Shown one piece after another: positions 44,675-46,211 of a DNA stretch of 46,211 bases. Both the position numbers and the translations under genes were made by a program. This stretch comes from a bacterium (GTDB taxonomy: Bacteria > Patescibacteriota > Minisyncoccia > Minisyncoccales > DAOWIS01). Under the pieces are notes generated by a model. That model searched no databases. It saw only the letters and a list, made by a program, of their open reading frames with translations, and was not told the origin of the DNA. The stretch lies in NCBI GenBank assembly GCA_030640805.1, contig DAOWIS010000007.1, positions 1 through 46,211 of the forward strand, read 5' to 3'. The stretch's first letter is position 1. Every line of letters begins with the position of its first letter.

Positions 44675-44702
44675 CCTTGTACACGCATATGCGTGTACAA
44701 GG
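44675..44702. repeat. 28-bp perfect palindrome, copy 2
   Basis: CCTTGTACACGCAT/ATGCGTGTACAAGG. Confidence 0.92.
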
Positions 44703-44771
44703 GATATCTTCTTGGATATAGGAGCCGTTTTGGATTGCGACAAAACTCCAGATTTGTTATTATTTAATAAT

Positions 44772-45734
44772 ATGATTATTGGGCATCAGTCAATTTTGAG
44801 GATTTTGGAAAGAAGCATTAAGAAAGATAGTTTTTCTCATGCTTATTTATTTGCTGGTCCAGAAAAAGTAGGCAAGAGAACTATAGCCAAAGAATTTGCT
44901 AAATTGCTTTTAGCCAGTCATTCCTCAACCAAAATCGGCAAGGAATGCCATTGTCGTTCCTGCCAGGATATTGAAAAGGGGATTCATCCAGATTTTTTAG
45001 AAATAAAGGCCAAAGAAAAAGAAATTGGCATTAAGCAAATAAGAGATCTTAGGCGCTATCTTTCTTTATCTTGTCATCATGGTCGGGCTAAAGTATCTGT
45101 AATTGATAAGGCAGAAAAAATGACCAAAGAGGCTTCCAATGCTTTATTAAAAACCTTAGAAGAGCCAAAAGGAAGAACAGTTTTAATTTTGGTAACCTCT
45201 TTGCCTAATTTTCTTTTAGCGACCATTGTTTCTCGTTGCCAAATTATAAAATTTTTGGGAGTTTCTTCTTTTTTAATAGAGGAATCTCTTTTAAAATTAG
45301 GAGCCGAGAAAAAATTAGCCAGAGAAATTTCTAAAATTTCTCAAGGCAAGCCGGGAAAAGCCCTTGAATTTTTTAGCAATCCAGAAAAATTAAAAGAAGA
45401 AAAAAAACAAATGGAAGAAATAATATCTCTTTCCCAAAGAGATTTAGTGAAGCGGTTTGAAGTGGTAGAAAAAATTAGTCAAAATCCCAGCCAGATTAAA
45501 AATTTCCTTTCTTTGTGGAAAATTTGGTTTCGAGATTTATTTTTAGTAAAGCTGGGAATAGAAGAATTAACTTATTCTAATCTTGAAATAAACAAAGATA
45601 AAATTTTAAGACAATTTTCCTTATTTGATTTGATGCGGATAATCAAATTAACTGAAGATATAGATTATTTTATTTCTTTTACTAATGTTAATCCCAGGTT
45701 GGCATTAGAAGTACTTATGCTAAATGCCAAATGA
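44772..45734 (+). CDS. holB: DNA polymerase III subunit delta'
   Basis: IIGH, HAYLF.GP..VGK, C.C.SC....G.HPD, ASNALLKTLEEP, TIVSRCQ. Confidence 0.93.
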   Translation: MIIGHQSILRILERSIKKDSFSHAYLFAGPEKVGKRTIAKEFAKLLLASHSSTKIGKECHCRSCQDIEKGIHPDFLEIKAKEKEIGIKQIRDLRRYLSLSCHHGRAKVSVIDKAEKMTKEASNALLKTLEEPKGRTVLILVTSLPNFLLATIVSRCQIIKFLGVSSFLIEESLLKLGAEKKLAREISKISQGKPGKALEFFSNPEKLKEEKKQMEEIISLSQRDLVKRFEVVEKISQNPSQIKNFLSLWKIWFRDLFLVKLGIEELTYSNLEINKDKILRQFSLFDLMRIIKLTEDIDYFISFTNVNPRLALEVLMLNAK

Positions 45735-45823
45735 AAAATGACAAATGCCAAATTACAGTTCAAAATTTAAAATTTTTAATTTAACTGAGCCCGAGCGAAG
45801 CGAAGCGAGCGAGGGCGAAGGAA
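45722..45823. repeat. capped heptamer element spanning the holB stop
   Basis: AAATGCC AAATGAA AAATGAC AAATGCC AAATTAC...; AACTGAGCCCGAGCGAAGCGAAGCGAGCGAGGGCGAAGGAA. Confidence 0.82.
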
Positions 45824-45824
45824 T

Positions 45825-46211
45825 ATGGCAGACATTAAAACCGCTTTTAGTCTTTTTTTGATTATTGTCTTGGTAGTGGCTGGCTACGTTCTTTTTCGTT
45901 ATGTATTTTTACCTTTAGCCGGAGAGGATCTTGGGTTTTTTGGGAAAAAAGGAGGAGGGGGAATTTTTAAATCTCAAGATGGAGGAGAAAATTGGAGACC
46001 AATGATAGAAGTAGAAGGAGAAGAAAAAGCAAATATTGGAAAGGTATTTGTCTCTGATTTAGTTTTTGGTCCCCAAAATTCCAATATTTTATATTTAGCT
46101 GCTGGCAAAGACGGATTATTTAGAAGTGAAAATAGAGCTGAAACATGGCAAAAGATTGGAGAAGGGCTAAAGAAAGGAACTCTAATTTCTAAAAGAGCCA
46201 TTGATCCGCAG
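45825..46211 (+). CDS. membrane-anchored BNR/Asp-box (Ycf48/sortilin-like) repeat protein, 3'-truncated by window edge
   Basis: MADIKTAFSLFLIIVLVVAG... GGIFKSQDGGENW, GLFRSENRAETW; open to the end of the window. Confidence 0.8.
   Translation, partial: MADIKTAFSLFLIIVLVVAGYVLFRYVFLPLAGEDLGFFGKKGGGGIFKSQDGGENWRPMIEVEGEEKANIGKVFVSDLVFGPQNSNILYLAAGKDGLFRSENRAETWQKIGEGLKKGTLISKRAIDPQ

Noticed and set aside
7163-46201. Numerous 60-110 aa antisense or alternate-frame ORFs inside long genes
   Set aside because: Shadow ORFs of AT-rich, Lys/Glu-rich coding strands (Phe/Ser/Leu-rich), with no independent expression signals.

Overview
AT-rich bacterial chromosomal window in standard code 11. Gene content and protein architecture point to Patescibacteria/CPR (Parcubacteria-like); this is inferred, not a database result. 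The housekeeping backbone is murB(3' end)-hpf-arginine decarboxylase-secA-secDF, two VirD4/TraD-like ATPase loci (one with an in-frame TGA), a short alaS, an FtsA-like/baseplate-J-like gene pair, infA-rpmJ-rpsM-rpsK-rpsD-rpoA-rplQ-rplM-rpsI, a solo Cas4-like nuclease, murA-mreB, two GT4 glycosyltransferases and holB. Small accessory gene cassettes interrupt this backbone. The most striking unexplained structure is non-genic. (i) At least 14 arrays keep a 7-nt period but differ in unit sequence; many form inverted pairs, fill ribosomal-operon spacers, or sit in frame inside MurB, SecA, AlaRS and a GT4. (ii) Several palindrome families are dispersed through the window, some translated in frame. 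(iii) A 160-bp MITE with a TAA duplication sits between a -10 box and a start codon. (iv) A 1.58-kb insert at the secA 3' end is bounded by 29-bp direct repeats of the SEC-C tail. (v) Promoters fall into distinct classes: leaderless, AAGGTC(G/A)A-leader, and boxA-like plus Shine-Dalgarno. No rRNA, tRNA, CRISPR array, integrase or transposase was recognised.
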